64,000 bases of DNA from an uncultured Actinomycetes bacterium (GCA_963706005.1 CAVPLL010000010.1:36429-100428), one strand, 5' to 3'; counted from the first letter of the stretch, positions 21,761-33,289 are shown. Numbers and translations: made by a program. Notes: generated by a model not told the origin, from the sequence alone.

Positions 21761-22964
21761 TCAATGCGCGATCGGTCCGATCCAGATCCCCGACGTGAGG
21801 AAGATCGCGGGGAGCACGAACAGAACCGCCACGAACAGCCACAGCCGGCGGTTCGTCGAGACGACCCATTCGTCCAGTGCCATGATCCACCGCTTCAACG
21901 GTCCGAACAGGAACGCGAGGAACACGAGGGAGACGAACGAGACCGCGATCGCCTCGGCCAGCACGATGTGCACCGCCACCGCGTTGCCGAGCACCATCGC
22001 CGCGACCAGCGTGTCGGCGAGCGTGGTGATGTTCGCACCCATGATGTACGGGATGGACTCCTCACGCTTGATGTAGCCGCGGCTCGCGAGCGGCACCAGG
22101 ACCGTGAGCGCGACCGAAACCGAGAGCGTGAGCGTCGCGACGAGGCATCCGAGCGCGAACATCGGCCACGGACGCTTCAACCACTCGAGGCGCTTGCCTC
22201 CGTGGCGTTCGCCGTCGAGCTGCGGCAGGACGCGGTCGAGGAAGCGGAACGAGATCAAGATCAGGCCGAGGCCGAGCGGCAGCAGCGTCCACCCGGGGAG
22301 CTTCGTCAGCAGATCGAGCGCCGGACCCCAGATGTAGTCGATCAGCGAGAGGACGTCGTCGGACGCGCTCAGGTGGATCCCGTCGAGCACGCCCGACTTC
22401 AAGATCCCGTACCCGAGCAGCATCCCGGGCATGTAGACGATCGCGGTCAGCGAGAGCGCGAGGACGCCCATGCCGATCGACTCGCTGCGGTTGTGACCGC
22501 GGTTGCGGATCGCGTACAGGAAGCCGACGAGCAACACGACGAACGAGGCGCCGAGCCGCGACCCCGAGAGCATCGTGAACGTCTGGAGCTGGGTCAGGGC
22601 GCCGCCCACGTACAGGCTGAGCGCCACGGCCGCGATGGGCGAACCGCTGAGGACGATATAGGCGCCGAGCCAGCCGGCGCCCGAGGGTCGAGATCCCGTT
22701 CGAGAAGAGCGGGCTGTCCTCGAGGGAGGGGGCGATGGCCTTCGCCCCGTCCTTCATCAGCTGGATGGCGAGGATGAACAGGAACAGGGCCACTGCGAAG
22801 CTCGCGACCTTGCCGAGGAGCGTGAGCCAGTCGCGACCGGCGGAGGCGCCGGTCGCGGTAGCGTCGACCGCGTCCGACGTCGGTTGCTCGACGGTCAGCA
22901 TCGGGTTGGCGTTGTCGTCGGGGACGTCATCGGGCGCGCGCGTCTGTTCGGTGGGATCGGACAT
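21761..22964 (-). CDS. Na+/phosphate cotransporter-family membrane protein (frameshift near 22681)
   Basis: LFLFILAIQLMKDGA, LSGSPIAA, GSRLGAS, TLSVSVALTVLVPL, PYIMGANITT. Confidence 0.75.
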
Positions 22965-23158
22965 GTCCTCCGGCCTCGGGGAAGGCGGCGTTCACGCTAC
23001 CCGCTCGGCGTTCGGGCCAGCAACCGCCCGCGCCCGCGCTCGGCCCCGCCGCTCGTCGAGGCGGGGCCGAAGGTCCCGGTCGCCCCGGGCTGCCCGACCC
23101 GTCTCGGGTCCGCCCTCGGACGAGAACCTCCACCTAGATCGACCACAAGGGGTGCGAG

Positions 23159-23563
23159 ATGGACGGATCGACGCTTTCGCTGGTCCTGTTCTCCGGGACC
23201 GACGACCGGCTGAACGCCGCCGCGGTGCTCACCGCCGGCGCCGCCGCGATGGGCAGGAAGGTCAACATCTTCCTGCAGTACTGGGCCCTCGACGCCTTCC
23301 GGGCGGACCGGATCTTGAAGGATCACGGCGTCGCGCCCGAGGCCGGCCCCGAAGGCGCGGAGGCCCTGCAGCGCCACGCCGGCCAGCACTGGAGCGAGAT
23401 CCTGCGGCAGGCCAAGGACATCGGAGACGTCCAGATCCACGCGTGCTCGCTGTCGATGGAGATGTTCGCGATCGAGGTCGAGGACCTGGATCCGCTCGTG
23501 GACGGGCAGGAAGGGGTCGCATCGTTCTTCATGGACGTCGACGGCCCGCTGACGTTCATCTAG
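23159..23563 (+). CDS. DsrE/DsrF/DrsH-like sulfur relay protein
   Basis: SLVLFSGTDDRL, AAAMGRKVNIF, HACSLSM conserved Cys, GVASF. Confidence 0.88.
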   Translation: MDGSTLSLVLFSGTDDRLNAAAVLTAGAAAMGRKVNIFLQYWALDAFRADRILKDHGVAPEAGPEGAEALQRHAGQHWSEILRQAKDIGDVQIHACSLSMEMFAIEVEDLDPLVDGQEGVASFFMDVDGPLTFI

Positions 23564-23575
23564 GAGGTGGGAGCG

Positions 23576-23815
23576 ATGACGACCGTGAACGTGACCCGTT
23601 CGATCGACGCTCGGGGGATGCCGTGTCCCGGACCGCTGATGAGCCTCATCGGCGCGATCCGCGAGGGTGCGGTGGGCGACGTGATCGAGGTCCTGTCGGC
23701 CGACGCCGGTTCGAAGACCGACATCCCGGCCTGGGTCGCCAAGGCCGGGCACGAGCTCGTCGAGGTCATCGAGGACGACGGGTACGTCCGCTTCGTGATC
23801 CGCAAGGCTCGGTAG
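23576..23815 (+). CDS. Sulfurtransferase TusA family protein
   Basis: DARGMPCPGP motif, DIPAW; AGGAGG RBS. Confidence 0.92.
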   Translation: MTTVNVTRSIDARGMPCPGPLMSLIGAIREGAVGDVIEVLSADAGSKTDIPAWVAKAGHELVEVIEDDGYVRFVIRKAR

Positions 23816-23819
23816 CCAG

Positions 23820-24989
23820 ATGCCGGCGCGGATCGCGGTGCTCGGCGGAGGGGTCGGTGGAACCCTCGTCGCCAACCTGCTCAGCAAGGAGCTGGGGAAG
23901 CAGGCGCGGGTCACCGTCGTGGACACGACCGGCATGCACCACTACCAGCCCGGGTACCTGTACGTCGCGCTCGGCCAGGCCAACGGCCGGTGGCTGGTCC
24001 GCGACGAGCGGACCCTGCTGCGCCACGACGTCGAGCTCGTGGTCGACGAGGCGATCCGGATCCACCCGGACGCCGGCTCGATCCAGCTGAGCCGAGGCAG
24101 CCTCGACTGGGACTACCTGGTGATCGCGACCGGCGCCCGGCTCGTGCACGATCAGGTGCCGGGTCTGGTCGAGGGCTCGTACGGCTTCTACTCCCTGGGC
24201 GACGCGCAGCGCCTGCGCGAGGAGCTGACCCGCTTCAAGGGCGGGCGGGTGCTCGTCGGCATCGCGGGCATCCCGTACAAGTGCCCGCCGGCGCCGGTCG
24301 AGTTCGTGTTCATGCTCGAGGAGCACCTCCGCAAGCGCGGCATCCGCGGACGGAGCGAGGTGACGTTGCTGTCGCCCCTCAACCGCGCGTTCACGATCGA
24401 GTCCGCGAGCAGGGTCATCCAGCCGATCATGCAGGAGCGCGGGATCGGACTGACGACCTTCTTCAACGTCGAGGAGGTGGACGCCGGCGCGCAGGTCGTC
24501 TCCTCGCTCGAGGGTGAGAAGGCCGAGTACGACCTGCTCGTCCTCGTTCCCCCCCATCGCGGCCAGGAGGTCATCACCGCCTCGAACCTCGGCGACGCGT
24601 CCGGGTGGTTGCCGACCGACCGCTTCACGTTGCAGGTCGAGGGTCATGAGCGGGTCTTCGCGATGGGAGACGCGACGAACCTGCCCATCAGCAAGAGCGG
24701 TTCGACGGCGCACTTCGAGGCGCCGGTGATCGCGAGCCGGATCGCGTCCCTCGTCCACGGCTCCGAACCGAAGACCAACTACGGCGGGCGCGTGATGTGC
24801 TTCCTGGAGACCGGGAACCGCAAGGCGACGGTCCTGCGGTTCGACTACGAGCACCCGCCGACGCCGCCGCAGCCGAACCTCGTTTGGCACTCGGCCAAGT
24901 GGATGTTCAACCGCCTGTACTGGGAGACGGTCCCTCGGGGCCGCGTCCCTGAGTACCCGAGACGACCACGCGAAGGAGGGTCACGATGA
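23820..24989 (+). CDS. sqr: Sulfide:quinone oxidoreductase-like FAD oxidoreductase (type III-like)
   Basis: GGGVGG FAD fold, YQPGYLY, YKCPPAP, GDATNLPISKSGSTAH, CFLETG. Confidence 0.82.
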   Translation: MPARIAVLGGGVGGTLVANLLSKELGKQARVTVVDTTGMHHYQPGYLYVALGQANGRWLVRDERTLLRHDVELVVDEAIRIHPDAGSIQLSRGSLDWDYLVIATGARLVHDQVPGLVEGSYGFYSLGDAQRLREELTRFKGGRVLVGIAGIPYKCPPAPVEFVFMLEEHLRKRGIRGRSEVTLLSPLNRAFTIESASRVIQPIMQERGIGLTTFFNVEEVDAGAQVVSSLEGEKAEYDLLVLVPPHRGQEVITASNLGDASGWLPTDRFTLQVEGHERVFAMGDATNLPISKSGSTAHFEAPVIASRIASLVHGSEPKTNYGGRVMCFLETGNRKATVLRFDYEHPPTPPQPNLVWHSAKWMFNRLYWETVPRGRVPEYPRRPREGGSR

Positions 24990-25219
24990 GCACACAGATC
25001 ACGCGGACGCTCGACCTGAAGGGGCTGTCGTGTCCGCTCCCGATCGTCAAGACCGCTCAGGCGGCCAAGGAGCTGGCTCCCGGTGAGCTGCTCGAGGCGC
25101 TCGCGACCGATCCGGGGTCGGTCGCCGACTTCACAGCATGGTGCACGACCACCGGGAACGAGCTCGTCGAGCAGTCCGGATCGGACGGCGTCTACCGCTT
25201 CGTGATCAGGAAGAGGTGA
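24986..25219 (+). CDS. Second TusA family protein
   Basis: LDLKGLSCPLPIVK, ATDPGSVADFTAWC. Confidence 0.93.
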   Translation: MSTQITRTLDLKGLSCPLPIVKTAQAAKELAPGELLEALATDPGSVADFTAWCTTTGNELVEQSGSDGVYRFVIRKR

Positions 25220-25226
25220 GCCAGCG

Positions 25227-25758
25227 ATGGTGGCACAGGCAGAAACGCTCGAGATCCCGCAAGCACGAACACGAGGAGCACCCCCGCCACCAGAAGCTGG
25301 TGATCATCGCGTGGAGCGGCGAGCTGGACAAGGTCTGGCCGCAGATGATCCTCGCGACCACCGGAGCTGCGATGGGAATGCAGACGACGATCTTCTTCAC
25401 CTTCTGGGGCCTGTTCTCCCTCGTCAAGGACGACACCCGGATCACGGGCGACAACTGGATGCAGAAGATGCTGTCGATGATGGATCGGCCCGGGATGGAT
25501 CACCTGAAGCTCGGGAAGATGAACTTCGCCGGGGCCGGGCCCGCGATGATGAAGCACCTGGCCAAGGAGCGCTCCGTCGCGTCACCGGGCGAGCTCCTGG
25601 AGATGGCTCGCGACCTCGGCGTGCGTCTGGTTCCGTGTCAGATGACGATGGATCTGCTGGGACTGAGTCGCGACGACATGATCGACGGCCTCGGCGACCC
25701 GGTCGGTGCGACCGCGATGCTGCTCGAGGCGCAGGACGCCGTGACGCTGTTCATCTGA
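25227..25758 (+). CDS. DsrE-2/DrsH-like protein (frameshift near 25260)
   Basis: KLVIIAWSGELDK, IFFTFWGL, KMNFAGAG, VPCQMTMDL, VTLFI; ATG 25227 is in a different frame from the body. Confidence 0.88.
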
Positions 25759-25788
25759 GACGTCGGGAGTCCATCGCACCCCGACAAC

Positions 25789-25830
25789 GAGGGCCGGGAG
25801 GTTCGAGTCCCCCACCGCCTCCCGGCCCTC
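25789..25830. terminator. Hairpin between convergent genes
   Basis: gagggccgggagg / cctcccggccctc 13-bp inverted repeat. Confidence 0.6.
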
Positions 25831-25862
25831 TCATATGACCAGGGCGGCCGCGCCGATCATGC

Positions 25863-28041
25863 TCACGCCTCGGCCAGCAGGACCCGGAACGACGCGCCCC
25901 CGCCCGGACGATCCTCCACCCACGCCCGCCCACCGTGGAGCTCCGCGAAGCGTGCGACGAGCGAGAGTCCCACCCCGACGCCCGGCGAGGCGCTCGCGGG
26001 TCCGGGGCCCTGGCGAAAGGGTTCGAAGATCGCGTGCTTGAGGTGGTCCGGGACGCCGGTACCCTCGTCGTCGACGATCAGCAGGATGCCGTCGTCCCGC
26101 CGCTCCACCCGGACCCAGATGCGGGTGTCACGCGGTGTGTGCCTCGCCGCGTTGGACAGGAGGTTCTCGACGATCCGCTCGACCTTCGGCGGGTCGACGT
26201 CGGCGAGCAGTTCCGCGTGATCGGACAGCACGTCCCGGCCGCCCAGTTGCTCGAATTCGCGGACGGCCTCGCGTACCAGCGCACCGACGTCGGTCCGGCG
26301 TCGCTGGGGGGTGATGATCCCCCGCTGGAGCCGGTCGAGGTCCAAGAGATCCCCGAGCAGCCGCTCGAGCTTGCGGGCGTTCGAGGCGATCCGTTGCAGC
26401 AGGTCGATGGCGTCGTCCCGGGGGATGTCCATACCCGACTGCTCGAGCGTGACCGCCGAGCCGAGGATCGAGGTGAGCGGCGTCCGCAGGTCGTGCGACA
26501 CGGCCTCGAGGAAGGTGTTCTTCATCTCGTCGAGCGCGCGCAGACGCTGGGTCGCCTCTCGCTCCCGATGGAACGCTTCCGAGTACTTCTGCTCGCTGCG
26601 CCGCAGGGCCTGCTCGGCGCGGGTGCGTTGCGTGACGTCGACGATGAGCCCCCGGACGACCGGTCTGCCCCTCGCGTCGGTGGCCACGTGGACGATGTCG
26701 CGCAGCCACAGGGTCTCGCCCTCGCGCCCGCGGGTCCGGTACTCGAGGTCGAGATCGTCGCCGGGGCTCTCGACGGCCGCCCGGAGCGTCCCGGTCATCT
26801 GCCCTCGGTCCTCGGGCGCGATGTGATCGCCCCAGCGCTGCGGCAACGCTGTCCGCGGCGTCCGTCTCGCGACCGAGGATCAGGGCGGCGCGTCGCGAGA
26901 GGAACGTGAACGTGAGCGTCTGGGGGTCTGCCTCCCAGAAGATCGCGTCGAGCGTCTCGGCGAGCTCGTGGAACCGTTCGAGCTCGCTCACGCGCCGGGC
27001 GCTGCCAAGCGCGAGCGAGGCGATCTGGGCGATGCCGCGTGCGAGGTCCCGGTCGCGTTCGGAGAACGAGGCGTCCGGTGCCGCCGCGATCACCACGAGC
27101 GCGCCCAGCTCGTCGGGCTCCCACGTCACCGGGGCGACGACGACCTCCGACGGCTCGTCCACCAGCCAGAACTCGGCGGGGATCAGTGCGGCGAGGTCGC
27201 GGGTCACGACGAAGGGTTCGTGCAGCGACTCGATGTAGGCGCCGGCGAGGTCCGCGGGGATGACACGGGAGGCCGAGCTCCGTGAGGCCGAGGCGCCGTG
27301 CTGCCTCAGCATGGTGAAGTCGCCGCTCTTGGGATCTCGCCGATACGCGGCGACCACCGAGCACTCGAGGATCGAGGGCACGGCCGCGACCACGCGCGCG
27401 AAGACGGTCGACACGTCGCCGGCCCCGGTCAGGGCCTGGGAGAGGCCGAGCAGCGCCGACGCCGTTCGTGCCGCCTGACGCTCCTTCTGCAGCAGGCTGG
27501 CGTTCTCGTACGCGACGGACGCGTGCGATGCGAGGACCTCGAGCACGCGCTGGTCCTCCTCGTCGAACTGGTCGGTCCCGAGGTTCGAGAGCACGATGAC
27601 GCCTGTCACCTTGTCGCCCACCTTCAGGGGCACGGCCAGGAGCGACTCGTCGATCTCGTCGGTCCCCTCGATCTGCCAGCCGCGCTCGTCATGCAACGCG
27701 TCGGCGGCGTAGTAGGTGGCTCCCGTGAGCGCCGCGTAGCCGGTGATCCCTTCGCCCACCAAGGTGACCAGCTCTTCGTGCGTTTCCGATTCGTATTCGG
27801 TCAGGGCACCCCGGAACGTCACCGGCCATAGGGTGACGCCATCTTCCTGCAGCAGGTAGATGCGGCAGTTGTGGTAATCGATGAGCGTCTTCAGCTCGGT
27901 CGTGATCGCCTCGCCGATCGCATCGACGTCGTCCAGCGCGTTCAGGCGTGTAGCCAGCGCGTGCAACATCCTGAGTTGCGCAACGGAGCGCAGCTCGTGT
28001 TCATCAACGGTTCCGCTCGCGCGGTGGCTGGTCTCGACCAT
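25863..28041 (-). CDS. Cytoplasmic GAF-GAF-PAS histidine kinase (frameshift near 26847)
   Basis: Two GAF domains and a PAS start (IFWEADP) in ORF 26128..28041; PAS end, SHDLRTPLT, NLLSNA, GVGVGL in ORF 25863..26846. Confidence 0.88.
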
Positions 28042-28140
28042 CCCGGTGGAGCCCGAAGGCGCCCCTCATCCTCTCATGCGTCGGCCGCTCCGAGCTCGCA
28101 CTGAAGCTGCAGGTCGGGGGCCCCTTCGACCACGGGTACC

Positions 28141-31100
28141 ATGTCCTGCGTGAGCACCACGGACGAGGTGACCGCGGGCGCTCCGCCCGCTCCCGTGTTG
28201 GAGCTCATCGACGCCGGGATGCCGCCGGAACGGGCCGAAGTCGTGAAGGCGTTCGCGACGGCCTTCACCCGACGCTCGTCCCCGGAGGACCTGGCCGCGC
28301 GTTCGCCCGAGGAGCTCTTGGGGGTGATCACGGGCGCGTTCGAGCTCGCCGACACGAGGCGGGAGGACGAGGTCGCGGTCCGCGTCTTCGATCCCACGTC
28401 CTCGAGCGACGGGTACGAGGCGCCGGGGACCGTCGTCGAGGTCAGCGCCGAGGATTCCCCGTTCCTGTACGACTCGGTGACCGAGGAGCTCGAGGCATGG
28501 GGGGTGCACGTCCGCCGCGTCATCCACCCGGTGGTCGGTGTCGAGCGCGACGCCGATGGACGGATCGCGCGGATCCTCCACGTGCGCGAGACCGACGTCC
28601 GAGAGTCTCAGATGCACTTCGAGCTCGAGCAACGGCTGACCGAGCAGGAGCGCGCCGAACTCGAGGACGCGATCCGCGCGGTCCTCGGCGACGTTCGGCT
28701 GGCCGTGCGGGACTTCGACGCGATGACGGACGCGGCGCGGCACATGATCGACATCGCTCGCACCGGATCGGCGCTGTACCCGCCGGCCGAGGTCGCCGAG
28801 ACCGTGGCGTTCCTCGAGTGGCTGCTCGATCTGAACTTCGTCTTCCTCGGCTATCGCGAGTACGAGCTCGTCGACCTCCCCCAGGGGCGGGCCCTCGCCG
28901 CCGTCTCCGGGTCGGGGCTCGGCATCTTGTCGAAGCTCGATTGGTCGGCCTACGAGCAGCCTGTGCCGCTGGACACGATCGAGCCCAACCTGCGGGCGCG
29001 GATCGAGGGCGGCGACCTGCTGATCTACTCGAAGACGAACCGACCCTCGACGGTGCACCGGCGCGCGCGGATGGACTACATCGGCGTGCGCCGGGTCTCG
29101 GCCGATGGTCGCATCGTCGGCGAGGCGCGGATGGTGGGCCTGTTCACCTCCAAGGCGTACACGGAGCCGGCCGGGAAAACGCCGTTGTTGCACCGCAAGC
29201 TCGACCAGATCCTGGACGCCGAGGATCTGTTCGAGGGGTCGCACGATTACAAGGCAGTGGTGTCGATCTTCGAGAGCTTCCCCAAGGACGAGCTGTTCGC
29301 GTCCACGACCGAGGAGCTCCGGGAGCAGGTCATGGGGCTGCTGCAGCTCCAGGAATCCAAGCACGTCCGTCTGTTCGTCCGACGTGACCTCTACGGACGG
29401 AGCGTCTCGCTGCTGGTCGCGATCCCGCGCGAGCGCTTCGACGAGGATGTGCGGCTCCGGCTGCAGGAGCTGTTCCTCGAGCGGTTCGACGGTACGACGA
29501 TCGACCACCACGTGTCGCTCACCGAAAGCGACATCGCGCAGCTGCACTTCACCGTGCACGTCGGACGGGGCCAGATCCCCGACGTGTCGTTCGATGGGCT
29601 CGAGCGCGAGGTCGTGGAGATCGCCCGAACGTGGGACGACCGGCTGCTGGATCGGCTCATCGAGGAGCACGGCGAGGGTCGCGCCCGAGAGCTGTTCGAG
29701 CGCTGGGCCGACCGCCTCCCCGATTACTACAAGGCTTCCACCGACGTCGAGATCGCGAGCCTGGATCTCGTTCGGTTCGACGAGCTCGAGCAGGGCGAGG
29801 AGGCCTTCCTGATCGGACTGGCGAACCAGACCGGGGAGGGGCAGGCGCTCACGCACGTCCGTCTCTACAAGGTGGGAGGCAAGGTCGAGCTCTCGGACTT
29901 CGTGCCGACCCTCGAGTCGCTCGGCCTCCGCGTGATCGACGAGTGGCCGACCACCCTGCTCGGTGAGGAGGGTGACGAGCGCTTCCTCCACGACTTCGGC
30001 GTCCTGGGTGCCGACCACCGGCCGATCGACGTCGAAGCCGCGGGGGACCGCGTCGCCGGATGCATCGCCGCCGTGTGGCGTGGGGAGTGTGAGTCCGATT
30101 CCCTGAATCGCCTGGTCGTCACCGCTGGGATCGACTGGCGCCAGGTGCAGATCCTCCGCGCCTACCGCAAGTACCACCACCGCGTGAACGCGAGCTTCCC
30201 GGTCGAGTACAAGAACGACGCGTTCGCCGCGCACCCGGACGTCGCCGGGGCGCTCGTGCGGCTGTTCGAGATGCGGTTCGATCCGTCGCGACCGAGGGAC
30301 CCCGAGGCCGTCCATGCGCTCGGGACGCAGATCCGCGCGGATCTCGATGCCGTACGGTCCCTCGAACAGGACCGGATCCTGCGCAACGCGCTCGGCGTCA
30401 TCGACGCGACGGTGCGCACGAACGCCTACGTGCCAGGGCGACGAGCGATCGCGTTCAAGCTCCGCTCCGGGGCCGTCCCCGAGATGCCGAAGCCCACCCC
30501 GCTGTTCGAGATCTTCGTCTACTCGCCGGATATGGAGGCGGTGCATCTGCGCGGCGGGCGGGTGGCTCGCGGCGGTATCCGGTGGTCGGACCGGCGACAG
30601 GACTACCGGACCGAGGTCCTGGGGCTGCTGAAGGCACAGATGGTCAAGAACGCCGTCATCGTGCCGACCGGCGCGAAGGGCGGGTTCGTGCTCAAGCATC
30701 CGATCACCGATCCGCATGCGCTGCGGGACGAGGGAACACGGCAGTACGTCACGTTCGTACGGAGCATGCTCGACGTGACCGACAACCTCGTCGACGGCAC
30801 GGTCGTGCATCCGGACCACGTCGTCGTGCACGACGAGGACGATCCGTACCTCGTCGTCGCGGCCGACAAGGGGACCGCGTCGTTCTCGGACACGGCGAAC
30901 GCCATCTCCGTCGAGTACGGCTTCTGGTTGGGCGACGCCTTCGCCTCTGGCGGCTCCACGGGCTACGACCACAAGGAGCTCGGCATCACGGCCCGCGGCG
31001 CGTGGGAGTCGGTCAAGCGCCACTTCCGGGAGATCGGGACCGACGTCATGAACGAGCCGTTCACGGTCGTGGGCATCGGCGACATGTCGGGCGACGTCTT

Positions 31101-32949
31101 CGGCAACGGCATGCTGTATTCGGACGAGATCTGCCTCGTCGCGAGCTTCGACCATCGGCACGTGTTCCTTGACCCGTCGCCGAACCCAGCGGTCGGGTAC
31201 GCGGAGCGCCGGCGGCTGTTCGATCTCGCCGGATCGAGCTGGGACGACTACGACCGTTCGATGATCTCCGAGGGCGGCGGTGTCTGGCCGCGGTCCGCGA
31301 AGTCGATCGAGATCTCGCCGCAGGCGCGGCTCGCGCTCGGGATCGAGGCGGACGAGCTCACGCCGAGCGAGCTGATCGCCGCGATCCTGCGCGCACCGGT
31401 CGACCTGCTCTACAACGGCGGCATCGGCACCTACGTCAAGGCCTCGAGCGAGTCGGACGCCGACGCGGGCGATCGCGTGAACGACGACCTCCGCGTCGAC
31501 GGGCGGGACCTCCGATGCCGTGTGGTGGCCGAGGGAGGCAACCTCGGGCTCACGCAACGAGGGCGGATCGAGTTCGCGCTGAGCGGAGGCAGGATCAACA
31601 CCGACTTCATCGACAACTCGGCGGGCGTGGACACCTCCGACCACGAGGTGAACCTCAAGATCCTCCTCGGCCTCGCCGTCTCCCGCGGCCAGCTCACGAC
31701 TGAGGAACGGAACACGCTGCTCTCCGAGGTCGAGGGGGACGTGGTCCGCCACGTCCTGTACGACAACTTCCTGCAGGCCCAGATCCTGTCCCAGGAGGCG
31801 GCGCTGTCCGCGCACCACATGGAGGCGTACGAGGACCTGATGGTCGGCCTCGAGGCGCGGGACGTGCTCGACCGCGATCTCGAGGCCCTCCCGAACCCCG
31901 AGGAGATGGCCGAGCGCCGGCGCTCGAACCGGGGGATGACCCGGCCCGAGCTCGCCGTGCTCCTCGCGTATGCGAAGCAGAGCCTGACCAACGCGCTCCT
32001 GTCGTCCTCGCTCCCGGACTCCGCCTACCTCGAGACGGACCTGCGCGGCTACTTCCCATCGAAGGTGGTCGAGCGGTTCGCCTCGCTGTTGAACGAACAC
32101 CCCCTGCGCCGAGAACTGATCGCGATGCTCGTCGCGAACGATGTCGTCAACTCGCAGGGGATCACGTTCGTCTCCCGCGTCGTGACCGAGACCGGCGCCG
32201 AGGCGGCCGACGTGACGCGCGCGTACCGGATCGCCCGGGACGTGACCGGGGCGGTCGCGCGCTGGGCGGAGATCGAGGGGCTCGTTGGCTCGCTGGAGCC
32301 GGCCCTGCTCGACGACCTCATGGCGGGGGTCGACCGGCTGGTCGAGGTGACGGCCCGCTGGTACCTGCAGCACGCCCCGGGGCAGCTCGGCAGGGCGATC
32401 GAGGCGCACGCGGGCGCGTTCCGGGCGTTCGCCGAGGCAGTTGGGGCGGTCGCGCCGGCCGGATGGCGGCAGGAGCGCGAGCGCGCGGCGTGGGCGCTGA
32501 TGGATCGCGGGGTGCCCGAGGGCGCCGCGCGGGGCCACGCGTGGCAGCCGTTCCTCGTCCACGGCCCGAACGTGGCCGAGGTGGCGACCGCTACGGGCCG
32601 CTCGATCGAGGACGTGACACGCGCGTTCTTCCTGGTCGGCGAGGCCGTCTACGTCGACTGGCTGGAGTCGCGCCTGTCCGAGGTCTCGGCGACCACGAGG
32701 TGGCACCGCTGGGCCTTGCAGGCGCTGGAGGACGACCTGCGGCTGCTCCGCCGGCACCTGGCCGAACACGTGCTGAGCCAAGGGGGCGGCGCGCTCCCGG
32801 TCGAGGATGCCGTCGCGTCGTTCCTGGAGGAACGGGCCGAGGTGATGACTCGCCTCGGGCGGTTCATGCGGGGGATCGCGCTTGAGGAGGCGAGCGACCT
32901 GGCGGCTCTGACCGTCGCGGTCCGGCAGGTCCGGAGCCTCTCCGCCTGA
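28141..32949 (+). CDS. gdhB: Large NAD-specific glutamate dehydrogenase
   Basis: 1602 aa; RGGIRWSDR, KAQMVKNAVIVPTGAKGG, VAADKGTA, EGGNLG, DNSAGVDTSDHEVN. Confidence 0.96.
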   Translation: MSCVSTTDEVTAGAPPAPVLELIDAGMPPERAEVVKAFATAFTRRSSPEDLAARSPEELLGVITGAFELADTRREDEVAVRVFDPTSSSDGYEAPGTVVEVSAEDSPFLYDSVTEELEAWGVHVRRVIHPVVGVERDADGRIARILHVRETDVRESQMHFELEQRLTEQERAELEDAIRAVLGDVRLAVRDFDAMTDAARHMIDIARTGSALYPPAEVAETVAFLEWLLDLNFVFLGYREYELVDLPQGRALAAVSGSGLGILSKLDWSAYEQPVPLDTIEPNLRARIEGGDLLIYSKTNRPSTVHRRARMDYIGVRRVSADGRIVGEARMVGLFTSKAYTEPAGKTPLLHRKLDQILDAEDLFEGSHDYKAVVSIFESFPKDELFASTTEELREQVMGLLQLQESKHVRLFVRRDLYGRSVSLLVAIPRERFDEDVRLRLQELFLERFDGTTIDHHVSLTESDIAQLHFTVHVGRGQIPDVSFDGLEREVVEIARTWDDRLLDRLIEEHGEGRARELFERWADRLPDYYKASTDVEIASLDLVRFDELEQGEEAFLIGLANQTGEGQALTHVRLYKVGGKVELSDFVPTLESLGLRVIDEWPTTLLGEEGDERFLHDFGVLGADHRPIDVEAAGDRVAGCIAAVWRGECESDSLNRLVVTAGIDWRQVQILRAYRKYHHRVNASFPVEYKNDAFAAHPDVAGALVRLFEMRFDPSRPRDPEAVHALGTQIRADLDAVRSLEQDRILRNALGVIDATVRTNAYVPGRRAIAFKLRSGAVPEMPKPTPLFEIFVYSPDMEAVHLRGGRVARGGIRWSDRRQDYRTEVLGLLKAQMVKNAVIVPTGAKGGFVLKHPITDPHALRDEGTRQYVTFVRSMLDVTDNLVDGTVVHPDHVVVHDEDDPYLVVAADKGTASFSDTANAISVEYGFWLGDAFASGGSTGYDHKELGITARGAWESVKRHFREIGTDVMNEPFTVVGIGDMSGDVFGNGMLYSDEICLVASFDHRHVFLDPSPNPAVGYAERRRLFDLAGSSWDDYDRSMISEGGGVWPRSAKSIEISPQARLALGIEADELTPSELIAAILRAPVDLLYNGGIGTYVKASSESDADAGDRVNDDLRVDGRDLRCRVVAEGGNLGLTQRGRIEFALSGGRINTDFIDNSAGVDTSDHEVNLKILLGLAVSRGQLTTEERNTLLSEVEGDVVRHVLYDNFLQAQILSQEAALSAHHMEAYEDLMVGLEARDVLDRDLEALPNPEEMAERRRSNRGMTRPELAVLLAYAKQSLTNALLSSSLPDSAYLETDLRGYFPSKVVERFASLLNEHPLRRELIAMLVANDVVNSQGITFVSRVVTETGAEAADVTRAYRIARDVTGAVARWAEIEGLVGSLEPALLDDLMAGVDRLVEVTARWYLQHAPGQLGRAIEAHAGAFRAFAEAVGAVAPAGWRQERERAAWALMDRGVPEGAARGHAWQPFLVHGPNVAEVATATGRSIEDVTRAFFLVGEAVYVDWLESRLSEVSATTRWHRWALQALEDDLRLLRRHLAEHVLSQGGGALPVEDAVASFLEERAEVMTRLGRFMRGIALEEASDLAALTVAVRQVRSLSA

Positions 32950-32961
32950 GAGGCGGTCGGG

Positions 32962-33279
32962 GTGCTTGAAGCGTCGGTCCCGGCCGGTACCCTCGGCTCC
33001 GTGGGAGCCGAACCGCGCGATCTCGCGCCCGAGCTGGACGAACGCACACGCGCGGTCCTGGATTTCGAGCGCTCCTGGTGGCTGGAGGGGGGCCCCAAGG
33101 AACGGAGGATCCGCGAGCGTTTCGGGATCTCCGCCACGCGGTATCAACAGCTCCTGATGCGAGCGATCGACCTCCCCGAGGCGCTCAGGTACGACCCGAT
33201 GCTGGTGCGTCGACTGCGCCGGCTCAGGGAGTCGCGCAGACGCAAGCGCCTCGCGCGGCGGCTTGGGCTTCCTTCCTAG
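32962..33279 (+). CDS. DUF3263 domain protein
   Basis: LDFERSWW...KERRIRERFGISATRYQQLL...DPMLVRRLRR. Confidence 0.88.
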   Translation: MLEASVPAGTLGSVGAEPRDLAPELDERTRAVLDFERSWWLEGGPKERRIRERFGISATRYQQLLMRAIDLPEALRYDPMLVRRLRRLRESRRRKRLARRLGLPS

Positions 33280-33289
33280 CCCGGGTAGG

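Noticed and set aside
25789-25830. GGTTCGAGTCC T-loop-like sequence suggesting a tRNA or tmRNA fragment
   Set aside because: No acceptor stem, D-arm or CCA; it sits inside a 13-bp inverted repeat between convergent genes, better explained as a terminator
28066-33147. 1693-aa antisense ORF, and similar long ORFs opposite clpC, groEL and acs
   Set aside because: Expected shadow frames in high-GC coding DNA; no recognisable motifs
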